A DNA stretch of 64,000 nucleotides from an uncultured Verrucomicrobiae bacterium (GTDB taxonomy: Bacteria; Verrucomicrobiota; Verrucomicrobiia; Limisphaerales; UBA11358). The stretch is from assembly GCA_963764035.1 (NCBI GenBank), contig CAVXQV010000011.1, positions 105,042-169,041 of the forward strand, in the 5' to 3' direction. Shown here piece by piece: positions 8,834 through 19,808 of this stretch; the stretch's first letter is position 1, and each line of letters begins with the position of its first letter. The position numbers and the translations under genes are program-made. Below the pieces are notes generated by a model that worked only from the letters and a program-made list of their open reading frames with translations, did not search any database and was not told the origin of the DNA.

Positions 8834-9289
8834 TCAGGTCTGCTCGTTTTCCGTGCTGACGGGCTTGGCGTCGCCTTTCAAAGCCGCCATCACCGCGTGC
8901 CAAGACAGAATGGCGCATTTCACGCGCACCGGGTATTTGTGGACACCGGCGAACACGGCGAGTTTGCCTACGTCGCCCAGCACCTTGCCGGTCGTGACCA
9001 TTTCATGCACCGCGCCAAACATTGTTTCCACATCGGATTTCGTTTTGCCCTTGGCAAATTCCGTGAGCAGCGACGCTGACGCCTTGGAGATGCAGCAGCC
9101 GGAGCCGACGAAACTGACGTCTTTGATTTTGTCGCCGTCCAGCGCGAGGAACAACTTCAACTGGTCGCCGCAAAGCGGGTTGTGGCCCTGCGCCGAGCAG
9201 GTCGCCGCCGGCATCTCGTGGAAATTCCGCGGCTGCTTGCAGTGGTCAAGGATGACCTGCTGGTAAAGGTCGTTGATGTCGTCAAACAT
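8834..9289 (-). CDS. sufU: SUF-system NifU/IscU-like scaffold protein SufU
   Basis: 151 aa with HNPLCGD, GSGCCISKASAS and VKCAILSW (three Cys ligands). Confidence 0.88.
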   Translation of the reverse strand: MFDDINDLYQQVILDHCKQPRNFHEMPAATCSAQGHNPLCGDQLKLFLALDGDKIKDVSFVGSGCCISKASASLLTEFAKGKTKSDVETMFGAVHEMVTTGKVLGDVGKLAVFAGVHKYPVRVKCAILSWHAVMAALKGDAKPVSTENEQT

Positions 9290-9300
9290 GGCTGGAACTT

Positions 9301-9361
9301 AACCACGAAATACACCAAAGCAAAAATATTTCATTTCGGGTGGTTCGTGTATTTCGTGGTT
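9301..9361. repeat. Intergenic hairpin with perfect 15-bp arms
   Basis: AACCACGAAATACAC at 9301..9315 pairs with GTGTATTTCGTGGTT at 9347..9361. It lies between the sufD stop and the sufU start. Confidence 0.8.
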
Positions 9362-9367
9362 AAAAAA

Positions 9368-10714
9368 TCATTTCTCCGCCAGATGCGGATTCGCTTCCAG
9401 CCGGTTCCAGACAATCTTGTCCAACTCCTCGCGCACCGGCCCGCATTTCACGCGCTCGACGATTTCGCCGGCGAAGGCGTGAATCAGCATCCGTCGCGCC
9501 GTTTTTTCCGGAATGCCGCGTGAGCGCAAATAAAAAATGCTTTCACTGTTCAACTGGCCAATCGTCGCGCCGTGCGTGCATTTCACGTCGTCGGCGTAAA
9601 TCTCTAGTTGCGGCTTGGTGTCGGCGGTCGCGTCGTCGGACAGCAGAAGGTTCTTGTTCGTCTGCTTCGCGTCGGTCTTTTGCGCGACCGGATGAACGTA
9701 AATCCGCCCATGGAAAACGCCCTTGGACTTGTCGTCGAGAATCCCGTTGAAATATTCGTGGCTGGCGCAATGCGGCTGCGCGTGCTCGACGATCATGTGG
9801 TGGTCGGCCAGTTGATCGCGGCGCGTGAGGTAAAGTCCGTTCAAAACGCATTCCAGTCCCTCGCCGGCCAGCTTCGCGCGGATGTTGTTCCGCGACAGCC
9901 TGGCGCCGAGCGCGAACGAATGCACGTTCACGTTGCTGGCGCGCTCAAATTCGCCCGCGATCGTGGCAATGTGAAACGCCGCCGCCGCCTCGTCCTGCAA
10001 CTTGAGGTGCTCGACCGAGGCGTTTTCGCCCGCGACAATTTCGGTGACAGCATTGGTGAAATACGCGGCGCCGCTCGCGCTCAAATAGCTTTCGACGATG
10101 GTCACCTTGCTGTTCGCTTCGGCGATGATGAGATTGCGCGGCTGGATGGTTTCGCCGCCCTGTTTCGCGGACGAAATGTAAATCAATTGCACCGGCTCGG
10201 CGACTTCCACGCCCTGCGGCACGAAGATAAATGCGCCGTCGGTGAAGAACGCCTGGTTCAACGCGGCGAACGTGTTCTTCGCCGTGTGCGCGTATTTTCC
10301 GAGATGCTTTTCGATCAGCGCGGAATCTCTGGCCAACGCGGCGGAAAGATTTTCGACGCGCACGCCGCCGGCGATGGACTTGACCGCAGACAGTTCCGCC
10401 GAGAAAAATCCGTTCACGAACACGAGCCGGCAGCCAGGCAACGTGGTAAACGCCGCCTCGTTCAGGACCTTGCTTTCCACGCCGTCGGCCGCGGTTTCGC
10501 GCGCGGGTTGAAACGACAATTGCTCCATCGGCGCGACATTCGTGAAGCGCCAGTCCTCGTCGTGCAGGGTCGGGAAGCCCTGTTCGGCAAAGCTGGCGAT
10601 GCCCGCCTTGCGCAGCGGCAGGAGCCATTTCGGCTGGTCCGCCGACTCCATGCGGCTGAAATGCTTCACGAACGGCTCGACGCCGTGGGCGGGTTTCTGT
10701 GTCGTTGGTGCCAT
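9368..10714 (-). CDS. sufD: Fe-S cluster assembly protein SufD
   Basis: 448 aa. C-terminal beta-helix signature GRIYVHPVAQKTDAKQTNKNLLLSDDATADTKPQLEIYADDVKCTHGATIGQL. The length fits SufD rather than SufB. Confidence 0.85.
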   Translation of the reverse strand: MAPTTQKPAHGVEPFVKHFSRMESADQPKWLLPLRKAGIASFAEQGFPTLHDEDWRFTNVAPMEQLSFQPARETAADGVESKVLNEAAFTTLPGCRLVFVNGFFSAELSAVKSIAGGVRVENLSAALARDSALIEKHLGKYAHTAKNTFAALNQAFFTDGAFIFVPQGVEVAEPVQLIYISSAKQGGETIQPRNLIIAEANSKVTIVESYLSASGAAYFTNAVTEIVAGENASVEHLKLQDEAAAAFHIATIAGEFERASNVNVHSFALGARLSRNNIRAKLAGEGLECVLNGLYLTRRDQLADHHMIVEHAQPHCASHEYFNGILDDKSKGVFHGRIYVHPVAQKTDAKQTNKNLLLSDDATADTKPQLEIYADDVKCTHGATIGQLNSESIFYLRSRGIPEKTARRMLIHAFAGEIVERVKCGPVREELDKIVWNRLEANPHLAEK

Positions 10715-10885
10715 ATTTGATTGTTTAACCTCACAAATCAGACCGCCAATTTCCCACGCCCGCCGCGCCCGCGCAAGTCTGCATTGGCATCATCCGGCTT
10801 GACGGGGCGGCGGCGAAAGTTCAATTTGAACGCCGTTGGAGGAATCAGACAGTTGGAGGGTCCCGGACAAGAACAACTTGACGCC

Positions 10886-12729
10886 ATGAAACACAGGAAT
10901 GAATCGAAATTGACTTCCCCCATCCAGGATTTTCTGGAGGAATTGTCATAGTGAATGCGCCGCCGTGAAGGACGGAGAGGTGGCAACCTACATCCCGGAG
11001 TTGGCGAAAGCGGATCCTGGCTGGGTCGGACATCTGCCTCGTCACCACGAACGGGTCGGTGTATGAGGTCGGCGATACGCGGCAGGAATTCACCATCCAA
11101 TCCATTTCCAAGCCCTTTGTCTATGGGCTCGCGCTCGAGGACAACGGCCGCGAGGCGGCGTTGCAGAGAGTTGGCGTCGAACCGACTGGTGATGCGTTCA
11201 ATTCCATCAGCCTCGATCCGGGCACGGGCCGTCCGCGCAATCCCATGATCAACGCGGGTGCGATTGCGACCGCCGCCTTGATTGCAGGAAAGACGGCGCA
11301 AACCAAATTCAAACGCGTTCTGGAGATGTTTTCGCTCTACGCCGGGCGCTGGCTTTCTCTGGATGAAACCGTTTACCGTTCTGAAAGAGAAACCGGCCAT
11401 CGCAACCGCGCCATCGGCCACATGCTGCGGAATTTTGACAAGCTCACCGGGGATCCCGCGCCGACCACGGAATTGTATTTCCAGCAATGCTCCATTTCCG
11501 TGACCTGCCGCGACTTGGGCGTCATGGCGCGACCCTGGCCAAGAGTGGCGTCAATCCCTTGACGGGCAGGCAGGCATTGCGCGGCGAATATGTGGAAAGT
11601 GTGTTGAGCGTTATGGGCACCTGCGGCATGTATGATTTCGCGGGCGAGTGGCTCTACAACGTCGGCATCCCCGCCAAGAGCGGCGTCGCGGGCGGCGTCC
11701 TCGCGGTGCTGCCGAGCCGGCTCGGCATCGGCGTGTTTTCACCGCGGCTGGACGCTCACGGCAACAGCGTCCGCGGCATCCGCGTCTGCCAGGAACTTTC
11801 GCGCCGGCTCGACTTGCATCTGTTCAATCGCAAAACGGCCGGCAAGTCCGTGATCCGCCTGAAATTCACCGGCGGTCAATTCAATTCCAGCCATGTCCGC
11901 AATCCGCAGGACGAGCACGTTTTGCGCGCATCGGCCAGTGTGATCCAAGTTTACCAACTGCAAGGCAACCTGATTTTTGCCACAACCGAACCCGTGGTGG
12001 CCGAGGTCCTGGGGAACCTGCGACGGCATTGAATATCTCATCAGCGACCTGCGCCGCGTTTTGAGCCTGAACGAAAGCGCCGGCCATTTCATGCGTCACC
12101 AAACTGGCCGCGACCGGCAAGACGGCCGTCTTCACGCATCACAAGCATCTGCCGCTGCTGCGACGTCATGATGAAGACCAAGCTCGGCGCGAAATTCGAT
12201 GAACAATTCCATTCCTTCCCCGACAACGACCTGGCGTTGGAATGGTGCGAGAACCGGGTGCTCGAAAAACATTCCGACACACGCATCACCGGCGCGCGCG
12301 TCAAAACCGCCGATTATGAACTGCTGCGCGGACTTCACGGCGGCGGAACTGGACGTGATTCAACCGCTGCTCCGGCCGCATTCCTTCAAGCGCGGCCATG
12401 AGATCATCAGCGCCGGCGACGAGGCGCGCGAAATCTTTTTCCTGTCCCGCGACGTCGTGAGCATCCATTTGCCGGGCGAAGAGCGCCGCTGGCTGGCGAG
12501 TTTTTCCCCCGGCATATGCTTTGGCGAGATGGCGTTCATTGACGGCGCACCGCGCTCGGCCAACATCATCGCCGACAGCGACGTGGAATGCCATATGTTG
12601 AGCCTCCAGGATTTCACCGCGCTCGGCGAATCGCAACCCGCGCTCAAAATCAAGCTGCTGGAACACCTCTGCCTGGACCTGACGCGCAAACTGCGCAAGG
12701 CCAACCGCGAGATCTCCGTCCTGGAGTGA
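10886..12729 (+). CDS. glsA: Glutaminase fused to STAS and cyclic-nucleotide-binding domains; frame broken at least 6 times
   Basis: Glutaminase core motifs: [93 protein letters not shown]-like segment: [38 protein letters not shown]. cNMP-binding motifs: [38 protein letters not shown]. The pieces are spread over ORFs 10721..10951, 11059..11562, 11487..12032, 11977..12171, 12168..12401 and 12199..12729. The break near 11526 is a GG where GGG would restore the frame. Confidence 0.85.
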
Positions 12730-12780
12730 CGCGTCAAAGCAACTTGCCTTTGTCCGCGCGGCTGGCAATTTGTGGGTTCC

Positions 12781-13826
12781 ATGCTTTCACAGGAAACCAT
12801 CTTGGATGCGCTCAAAGCCGTCAAATATCCCGGCTTCTCGCGCGACATCGTTTCGTTCGGGCTGGTCAAGGAAATCGTTGCCGTCGCTAACGGCGCGGTG
12901 AGCGTGACACTGCAATTGACTTCGGCCAATCCCGGAGCCGCGCAACAAATCAAAACCGAAGCAGAGCGCGTTTTGAAGAATCTGCCCGGCGTGAATCATG
13001 TTCACGTCGAAGTGCAATTACCGGCCGCTGGTCAGACTGCGCCGACGAATCCGTTCGCGAGCCAAACAGGGTTCCCGGCGTGAAGCGCGTCATCGCCATC
13101 GCCAGCGGCAAGGGCGGCGTCGGCAAATCCACCGTGTCGGCGAATCTCGCCTGCGCCTTGCAGCATCTCGGCGGCGAAGGTCGGCTTGCTGGATTGCGAC
13201 ATTTACGGGCCGAGCATTCCGCTGATGATGGGCGTCCACGAGAAGCCGACCATCAGCGCGGAAGCGACGACTGGTTCCGCCCGTCGCGCCATGGCGTGAA
13301 AGTGATGAGCATCGGATTGTTGCTGGCCGACGACCAGCCGGTCATCTGGCGCGGGCCGATGATCACGAAGACCATTCACCAGTTTTTAACGGCGGTCGAA
13401 TGGGGCGATCTGGATTTTCTGCTGGTGGATTTGCCGCCGGGCACGGGCGACGCGCAACTCTCGCTCTGCCAGACCGTGCCGCTCGACGGCGGGGTCATCG
13501 TGACCACGCCGCAGGAGGCGTCGCTCGGCGTCGTGCGCAAGGGCATCGCGATGTTCCAGAAGGTCAACGTGCCGATTCTCGGCATCGTGGAGAACATGAG
13601 CTATTTCACCACGCCCAACGGCGAGCGCGTGGAAATCTTCGGCCACGGCGGCGGCCAAGCGGAGGCCGCGCGGCAGAAAATTCCGTTCCTCGGCGAAGTG
13701 CCGATTTTCACCGAAATCCGCGAAGGCGGCGACCGCGGCATGCCGGTGGTGGTTTCCGCGCCGAATCATCCGGCGGGGAAGGCGTTCATCCGGATTGCGG
13801 AGGCGCTGCAGGCGAAGTTCAGATGA
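12781..13826 (+). CDS. apbC: Mrp/ApbC/NBP35-family Fe-S cluster carrier ATPase; frame broken about 3 times
   Basis: N-terminal DUF59 domain (ILDALKAVKYPGFSRDIVSFGLV), P-loop IAIASGKGGVGKST, KVGLLDCDIYGPSIP in a third frame around 13170-13270, and VDLPPGTGD. Fragments are ORFs 12772..13083 and 13080..13826. Confidence 0.85.
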
Positions 13827-13987
13827 GCCTGCGCAGGCGCCTCCGCCCGTTCCACGCCAAGATCGTTTGTCTTTTCGATTTCGAAAACAGCGGGAAGATC
13901 CTGAATTTCAGTGGTTTTTCCGCGCAGATTTCCATTGCCAGAATTGTCACCCGGAATTAACTTTAGCGGTGACAATTGAATTTCACT

Positions 13988-14209
13988 ATGTCGAACGTCG
14001 GAAAAGAATCATCGTCGGCGAACGATTTGCTGAAGAACTCCTCGCTCTACCGTGAGTTCCAGGCCGAGCGCGAGGAAATCCTCAGGCACAAGTGGATTGA
14101 GTCGGAAAAGGCCGGCCATGACATCGGCTTCGAGCGGGCGCTGACGGATTGGATCATCAGGCACCGCTCAAGCTGGCGCAAGGCCCGGCAGGCCGCCGGC
14201 AATAATTGA
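13988..14209 (+). CDS. Small conserved hypothetical protein (73 aa)
   Basis: Intact ORF with the motif HKWIESEKAGHDIGFERALTDWI. I preferred the ATG at 13988 over the TTG at 13976. I do not recognise the family. Confidence 0.55.
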   Translation: MSNVGKESSSANDLLKNSSLYREFQAEREEILRHKWIESEKAGHDIGFERALTDWIIRHRSSWRKARQAAGNN

Positions 14210-14272
14210 ACCACCTGTTCCTTTAACGCCGCCCGGCGAGGCAGCAAAGGACAATGATGACGAAACGCACAA

Positions 14273-14321
14273 CGCGAATCGCCTCCGCACCACGGCGGAG
14301 CGGGTTCGCGATTTTCTTTTC
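14273..14321 (+). terminator. Hairpin plus T-tract: terminator of the small ORF or a pyr attenuator
   Basis: CGCGAATCGCCTCCGC ... GGCGGAGCGGGTTCGCG is followed by ATTTTCTTTTC. It sits 50 nt upstream of pyrR. Confidence 0.45.
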
Positions 14322-14373
14322 GCAAATTGTCTTCGCCCTCAACTCTCAGATTTCGAACCCTAAACTTTCTCCA

Positions 14374-14910
14374 ATGCCTGAACCCACCATCATCCTCGAC
14401 GCGCTCGCCATCCAGCGCGCGCTCACGCGCATCGCGCACGAAATCGCCGAGCGCAACGAGGTCGGCGACGACGTGGTGCTCGTCGGCATCCCCGTCGGCG
14501 GCGACCATCTTGCGGCGCGGCTGGCAAAGATCCTGGCCGGCATCTGGAACCACGCCGTGCCGGTGGGCATTCTCGACGTGAACATGCACCGCGACGACCT
14601 GGACCAGCGCGCCGCGCCCACCATTCATCCCACCGTCATCCCGTTTGACGTGACCGGCAAGACCGTCGTGCTGGTGGACGACGTGCTGTTCAGCGGCCGC
14701 ACGACCCGCGCGGCGATGGACGCATTGAACGATTTCGGCCGGCCGAAGAAAATCCAACTGGCCGTGCTGATTGACCGCGGCCATCGCGAGCTGCCGATCA
14801 GGGCGGATTTCGTCGGCAAGAACGTGCCCACGGCGCTGGAGGAAAAGATTTCGTTGCAGCTGGTCGAAGCCGGCGCGGCGCGGGACGAGGTGCTCCTGTT
14901 GAAGCCATGA
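14374..14910 (+). CDS. pyrR: PyrR bifunctional pyrimidine regulator / uracil phosphoribosyltransferase
   Basis: PRTase motif [17 protein letters not shown], plus [22 protein letters not shown] at 14374. Overlaps the pyrB start by 4 nt. Confidence 0.88.
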   Translation: MPEPTIILDALAIQRALTRIAHEIAERNEVGDDVVLVGIPVGGDHLAARLAKILAGIWNHAVPVGILDVNMHRDDLDQRAAPTIHPTVIPFDVTGKTVVLVDDVLFSGRTTRAAMDALNDFGRPKKIQLAVLIDRGHRELPIRADFVGKNVPTALEEKISLQLVEAGAARDEVLLLKP

Positions 14911-15847
14911 GATGGACCCGCAAACATCTGCTCGACATCGAATCGCTCTCGGCGGACGAAATCAACCTCGTGCTCGACACGGCCCGCGCATTCAAGGCGG
15001 TCGGCCAGCGGGCGATCAAGAAGGTCCCGGCGCTGCGCGGCAAGACGGTCGTCAATTTGTTCGTCGAGCCGTCCACGCGCACGCGCATCAGCTTTGAACT
15101 GGCCGAGCAGCGGCTGTCCGCCGACATCATCAATTTTTCCACCGAGGCATCGTCGTTCAAAAAGGGCGAGACGCTCAAGGACACGGCGCTGAATCTTCAG
15201 GCGCTCAAGGCAGATTTCATCGTCATGCGCCACAGCGCATCCGGCGCGCCGCACTTTCTTTCCCGCGTGCTTGACGGCCAGCGTCATCAACGCCGGCGAC
15301 GGCGCGCACGAACATCCCACGCAGGCGTTGCTCGACGCCTTCACCATTCGCGAGCACAAGGGAAAGGTCGCCGGGCTGAACGTGACGATCCTGGGCGACA
15401 TCCTCTACAGCCGCGTCGCGCGCTCGGACATCTGGGCGCTCACGAAACTTGGCGCCAAGGTGACGCTGTGCGGCCCGTCCACGCTGGTGCCGCAAAGCCT
15501 TTGAGCAGATGGGCTGCCGCGTGACGCACGACGTGGACGAGGCCATCCGCGAGGCGGACATCATCAATCTGCTGCGCATCCAGCACGAGCGCCAGCGCAA
15601 GACGATGTTTCCGAGCATCGGCGAATACACGCAGCTTTTCGGCCTGAACAAGGCGCGGCTGGCGAGGACGAAACCCGACGCCCTCGATCATGCATCCCGG
15701 CCCGATCAACCGCGGCGTGGAGATTGACAGCGAAATCGCCGATTGCGGCCGCTCGGTGATTCTGGAGCAGGTCACCAACGGCCTCGCCGTCCGCATGGCC
15801 GTGTTGTTCCTCGTCAACGGCGGCAAAGGCCCGCAGGAAGTGGCGTG
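14907..15847 (+). CDS. pyrB: Aspartate carbamoyltransferase catalytic subunit; frame broken about 3 times
   Basis: Motifs: [48 protein letters not shown]. The pieces lie in ORFs 14907..15524, 15271..15504 and 15509..15727, with a fourth frame running to the TGA at 15845..15847. Confidence 0.88.
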
Positions 15848-15860
15848 AGACTGAAGCGGT

Positions 15861-16060
15861 TCATTTGCGCTTCCAGAAAAACTGCACACGCCGAGGAGCG
15901 CGATGACTCCGCCGCAGGCGTAGATATACACCGCGCGATCCGTCGGCGCGCCTTCGAACGGCGGCTGCACTTCGGCTCCGTAGTGGTCCGCGATTTTACG
16001 CGCGGCGATGAGCACGGCCACGCCGATCAGCAAAACGATAATGCCGGAAACTTTTTGCAT
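15861..16060 (-). CDS. Possible small two-TM membrane protein
   Basis: MQKVSGIIVLLIGVAVLIAARK ... VYIYACGGVIALLGVCSF. A 1-nt slip in a T5 run would end it as ...FFWKRK*. As written, the ORF (15440..16117) runs antisense through pyrB. Confidence 0.3.
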
Positions 16061-16150
16061 GAGATGCCTTTGTGACGTATCGGCAAATTCTCCGTCAAAA
16101 CCCGGTTGAAGCAACAATTCCTGCGCCGCGCAACGGGCGGCGCGTGCCGG

Positions 16151-18892
16151 TTATTGCCCTTTGAACCAGACGATCGAATTCGGCCCGGAACCGCGGCCTG
16201 GACCCTGGGCGATGCGATTTTCGCGCGCGTAATTCGGGATGGCCACCAGCGGGCTGCCGTCGGCCCACTGGCCTTTGATGACCATCACGCCGCCGAGCAG
16301 GTCACCGCGCCATTCGGGAGTGAGCGGGGCGGAACCAAGGGCCAGATTGATATTCGGCTGGTCGGCCCGCTCAACATTGTAAATCAACGGGCCGTAGCGC
16401 AATGCGATCCGGCCGTGGTCCGCCACGATTTTATCGCTAGGCTTGATGACCTGGACTTCCATCGGCAACGAAAGGTTGATGGTGTCGCCCGCTTTCCATT
16501 GGCGCGTGATGGCGGCGTAACCATTTTCAATCTTCGGTGAAATTTCCTGTCCGTTCACCGCGAGTGATTTGAGGCCGCTCACCTGCGGCGTGGGCGTGTA
16601 GAGCGCGCTCGTCGTGCGGTCCGGCACGCGGACATAAACGGTGAACTCCTTCGATTCCTTCGGATTCACCGTGATGGCGACGTTGCCGACCCACGGGTAA
16701 TCAGTTTTCTGCACCATCTGCACGTCCGTGCCGGCGACCTTCTCGATATTGATGGTGCTGCCAATGAACATATTGACGTAAAGCCCGTCCGCGCTTTTTG
16801 CATAGGTCCACGTGGGCACCATCAGGAGCGTCCGCGGGATGTTGCCGACGCAGCAGGGACAATTGTGCCACGGATAGCGCGCCCGGCTGGAGTCAAGCGG
16901 GTTGTCGTAGTAGAAATTGTTGCCATCCAAGTCCGTCGCGCCGAGCAGGGCGTTATACATCGTCTCCTCGTAAAGGTCGGCGTATTTCGCGTCGTGATAG
17001 GCGAGGTTCATTTTCCACTGGAAGAAAATCTCACCGCAACTGGAGCAGGACTCGCAGTAGGCATTGTTCCGCAGCGAATAATCCCCGCCGAAACCCTCCG
17101 ACGTTTCGCCGCTGCCGACGCCGCCGGTGACGTAATACTTTTTGTTCACGAGATTGTCCCAAAGCGACAGGACGGCGCTCTGATAAGCCGGGTCGTGCGT
17201 TTCCGCCGCCACGTCCGCCATGCCGGAGTAGAGGTAAACCGCGCGCACGGCGTGGCCCACGGCCTCGTATTGCTCCGTGACGGGCGACTGGGTCTGGTCG
17301 TAATCCGAGCCGCCGTGCTGGCCGCGGCAATCGAGGAGGAATTTTGAGAGGGCGATGTAGCTGTCGCCGTGGCCCTGGCCCTCCATATCATTCACGAAGC
17401 GGCCGAACCGCACGAGCGCCTGTTCCATTTCCTCGTGGCCGTCATACCATTCTTTCTTGCCCGGCCCAATGTTCGCCACCCAGCAGTCGGCGAGCTTCTT
17501 CGCCGCATTGTAAAGCCGCTTGTCCGTGCCGCCTGTCAGCGTGTAATTGTTGATGGCCGACTCGATGAAATAGCCGGCGGTGTAGCCCTCGTGGTTGCCG
17601 CGGCTTTGCGGCGACCAGCGCTCACGCCATTGGTTCGTGTTGCGGAGCGTCCAGGCAGTTTGCAAGTAGCCGTCCGGCTCCTGCGCCGCGAGAATTTTCG
17701 GGATCCAATCTTCGAGAGTTGCTTTCATCTTGTCCTGCGCCGCGATCATGTCCTTGTCACCCTGCGGGTCCACCATCAGCGCGATGCACATGGACTCGAC
17801 GGTTTGATGCACCCACGCGTTGGCGAAAACGTAGCCCCTCTGTCGCTGGTGCGGTTCGCCGCGCAACGCCTTCGCCGCCTCGATAAAATTGTCAATGCCG
17901 CCGTCACCCTGGTTGCGCGCGATGTTCGTGCTGTTGATCTGGTCAATGCAATGGGGAATCCAGTCCACGATGAGCGCCTTCACCCGCGCGTTCCAGAGCG
18001 GACTGTCAATCTTGTAAGGCTTCGTGTAAACCACGTCGAGCCGCTCGGCCGGCGGCGGGGTCGCCGCCTTCACCCGCAATGTGGCCGACGCGCTCAAATC
18101 ACCTTCGCCTGCCGTCAATTTCAGGACGTAATCGCCCGGCTCCGAAAAAGTCGCCGTCGTCACCTGGGCATTCACATCCGCAAATGTCACACTGCCTAGA
18201 CCGGAATCCTTGCTCCAGACAACTTTCGCCGACGGACCCGGTTTCAGGAATTTCACCGCTCCGGACAAATAGGTTTTGCCGCCCACCATCACGTCGCGAT
18301 CCACGCCGGCGGAAACCATCGGCGGGAAATCCGGCGACTTGCCCGAATCCAAAACCCGCCATTCCAAAATGCCCGTGGAATAAGTGTTGTCCCCGTCCAT
18401 CTCCAGCCGCAGCTTCGTCGTCGTGATTTCGTCGAACGTCGTCACATTGAACTTGTCACCCGCGACACCGAGGGCGTTGGTGTCGCCCAGCGTGTTCACC
18501 GCGACAAAAGCGTTGCCATCCCAGTATTTCAACCGGCTCGCCTTGGGCAGGCGCACACCTTGACCATCGGCCCACCAATACACCTCGATTTGCTTCGTGC
18601 TGACGGGATGGCTCCAGTCGTATTCCACCCATTGCGTGCCGGTGCTAGGCCAGTTGCCGTAGGAACCGCGCCGGTTGTCGCGCGAATTGCGCGGCGCGAC
18701 GCCGTCGTTCAGCGCCGCCAGCAACGTGTCGCCGGAGACGTTGGACGCCGATGGCACCGCCACCAAGGCCACGTTCGCCGACGCGGCGGATTCCTGCGCG
18801 GCCACACTCGCGCAAAGCGGCAGGCTGGCCATGAGACAGAAGATGAAACCGGGCAGCCCGGATTTAAAGACGGGGATCTTGGATGGATTCAT
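16151..18892 (-). CDS. Secreted glycoside hydrolase family 127 (DUF1680, beta-L-arabinofuranosidase-like) with an N-terminal F5/8 type C (discoidin)-like domain
   Basis: Intact ORF. Motifs: HEGYTAGYFIESA, AVGHAVRAVYLYSGMAD, YVTGGVGS, YCESCSSCGEIF, HNCPCCVGNIPR (Cys-rich site as in HypBA1-type enzymes). A signal peptide follows the ATG at 18892 (MNPSKIPVFKSGLPGFIFCLMASLPLCASVAAQ). The alternative start at 19021 would overlap deoC by 4 nt. Confidence 0.8.
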   Translation of the reverse strand: MNPSKIPVFKSGLPGFIFCLMASLPLCASVAAQESAASANVALVAVPSASNVSGDTLLAALNDGVAPRNSRDNRRGSYGNWPSTGTQWVEYDWSHPVSTKQIEVYWWADGQGVRLPKASRLKYWDGNAFVAVNTLGDTNALGVAGDKFNVTTFDEITTTKLRLEMDGDNTYSTGILEWRVLDSGKSPDFPPMVSAGVDRDVMVGGKTYLSGAVKFLKPGPSAKVVWSKDSGLGSVTFADVNAQVTTATFSEPGDYVLKLTAGEGDLSASATLRVKAATPPPAERLDVVYTKPYKIDSPLWNARVKALIVDWIPHCIDQINSTNIARNQGDGGIDNFIEAAKALRGEPHQRQRGYVFANAWVHQTVESMCIALMVDPQGDKDMIAAQDKMKATLEDWIPKILAAQEPDGYLQTAWTLRNTNQWRERWSPQSRGNHEGYTAGYFIESAINNYTLTGGTDKRLYNAAKKLADCWVANIGPGKKEWYDGHEEMEQALVRFGRFVNDMEGQGHGDSYIALSKFLLDCRGQHGGSDYDQTQSPVTEQYEAVGHAVRAVYLYSGMADVAAETHDPAYQSAVLSLWDNLVNKKYYVTGGVGSGETSEGFGGDYSLRNNAYCESCSSCGEIFFQWKMNLAYHDAKYADLYEETMYNALLGATDLDGNNFYYDNPLDSSRARYPWHNCPCCVGNIPRTLLMVPTWTYAKSADGLYVNMFIGSTINIEKVAGTDVQMVQKTDYPWVGNVAITVNPKESKEFTVYVRVPDRTTSALYTPTPQVSGLKSLAVNGQEISPKIENGYAAITRQWKAGDTINLSLPMEVQVIKPSDKIVADHGRIALRYGPLIYNVERADQPNINLALGSAPLTPEWRGDLLGGVMVIKGQWADGSPLVAIPNYARENRIAQGPGRGSGPNSIVWFKGQ

Positions 18893-19017
18893 AATGCGTA
18901 TTGGCAAATTGTCACCCATCATTTGCCTCAACGCAAGGGCTGATGGTCGGCTGACTGACCGCAGCCCAAGCAAGGCGTTCGGCACTTGGGTTCCCCGAAA
19001 CCACCCGCGGGTTTTGC

Positions 19018-19710
19018 TCAATACGAGCCGCCGGATTTGTTCCCAACTCCCCTGACAATGGCGATGCTGGCCGAAGTGCCAAGGCGCGTCGCGCCGGCCT
19101 CAATCATCGCCAGCGCCGTTTGCAAATCGCGGATGCCGCCGGAGGCCTTGACACCGAATTCCGGGCCGACCGTGGCGCGCATTAATTTCACGTCGGCAAT
19201 CGTCGCGCCGCCGGTGCTGAAGCCGGTCGAGGTCTTGACGAAATGCGCGCCGCTCTCGACGACTAGTTTGCAGGCGCAGACCTTTTCTGCGTCGGTCAGC
19301 AGGCACGTTTCCAGAATCACCTTCACCGTCCGTTCATCCGCGGCCTCGGCCACGTCCGTCAATTCGCGCAGGACGTATTTGTCGTCGCCGTCCTTGAGCC
19401 GGGCGACGTTGAGCACCATGTCAATCTCCTGCGCGCCGTCGTCAATGGCCGCCTCGGTTTCAAACCGCTTGGCGTCGCTGGACATTGCGCCGAGCGGAAA
19501 GCCGACAACGCTGGCGACCTTCACGTCCGAGCCGTCCAGAAAATGCCGCGCGGCGGCGACCCGCGAGCCGTTGACGCAGACGGAGAAAAATTTGTGTTCG
19601 CGCGCCTCGGCGCAGAGTTTTTCAATTTGCGCGGCAGTGGCGTCAGGCTTGAGCAGCGTGTGGTCAATGAAGGCGGCGAGTTGTGCGGCGGAAAGTTGAG
19701 TAGCGTTCAC
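19018..19710 (-). CDS. deoC: Deoxyribose-phosphate aldolase
   Basis: 230 aa. Motifs: IDHTLLKP, VVGFPLG, EIDMVLN, FVKTSTGF, and KASGGIR with the Schiff-base Lys. Confidence 0.9.
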   Translation of the reverse strand: MNATQLSAAQLAAFIDHTLLKPDATAAQIEKLCAEAREHKFFSVCVNGSRVAAARHFLDGSDVKVASVVGFPLGAMSSDAKRFETEAAIDDGAQEIDMVLNVARLKDGDDKYVLRELTDVAEAADERTVKVILETCLLTDAEKVCACKLVVESGAHFVKTSTGFSTGGATIADVKLMRATVGPEFGVKASGGIRDLQTALAMIEAGATRLGTSASIAIVRGVGNKSGGSY

Positions 19711-19808
19711 GGAAAAAGTTTAGCCACAGATGGACACAGATGGAACACAGATTTTCAGCGGTCACTGTGGCGACGCAAGCGGGATAACTAAGTCCAAGCG
19801 GGGTATTT

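Noticed and set aside
15440-16117. 225-aa ORF overlapping the 3' half of pyrB on the opposite strand.
   Set aside because: Only the first ~65 codons look like a membrane protein. The remainder is antisense read-through that a 1-nt slip in a T5 run would terminate.
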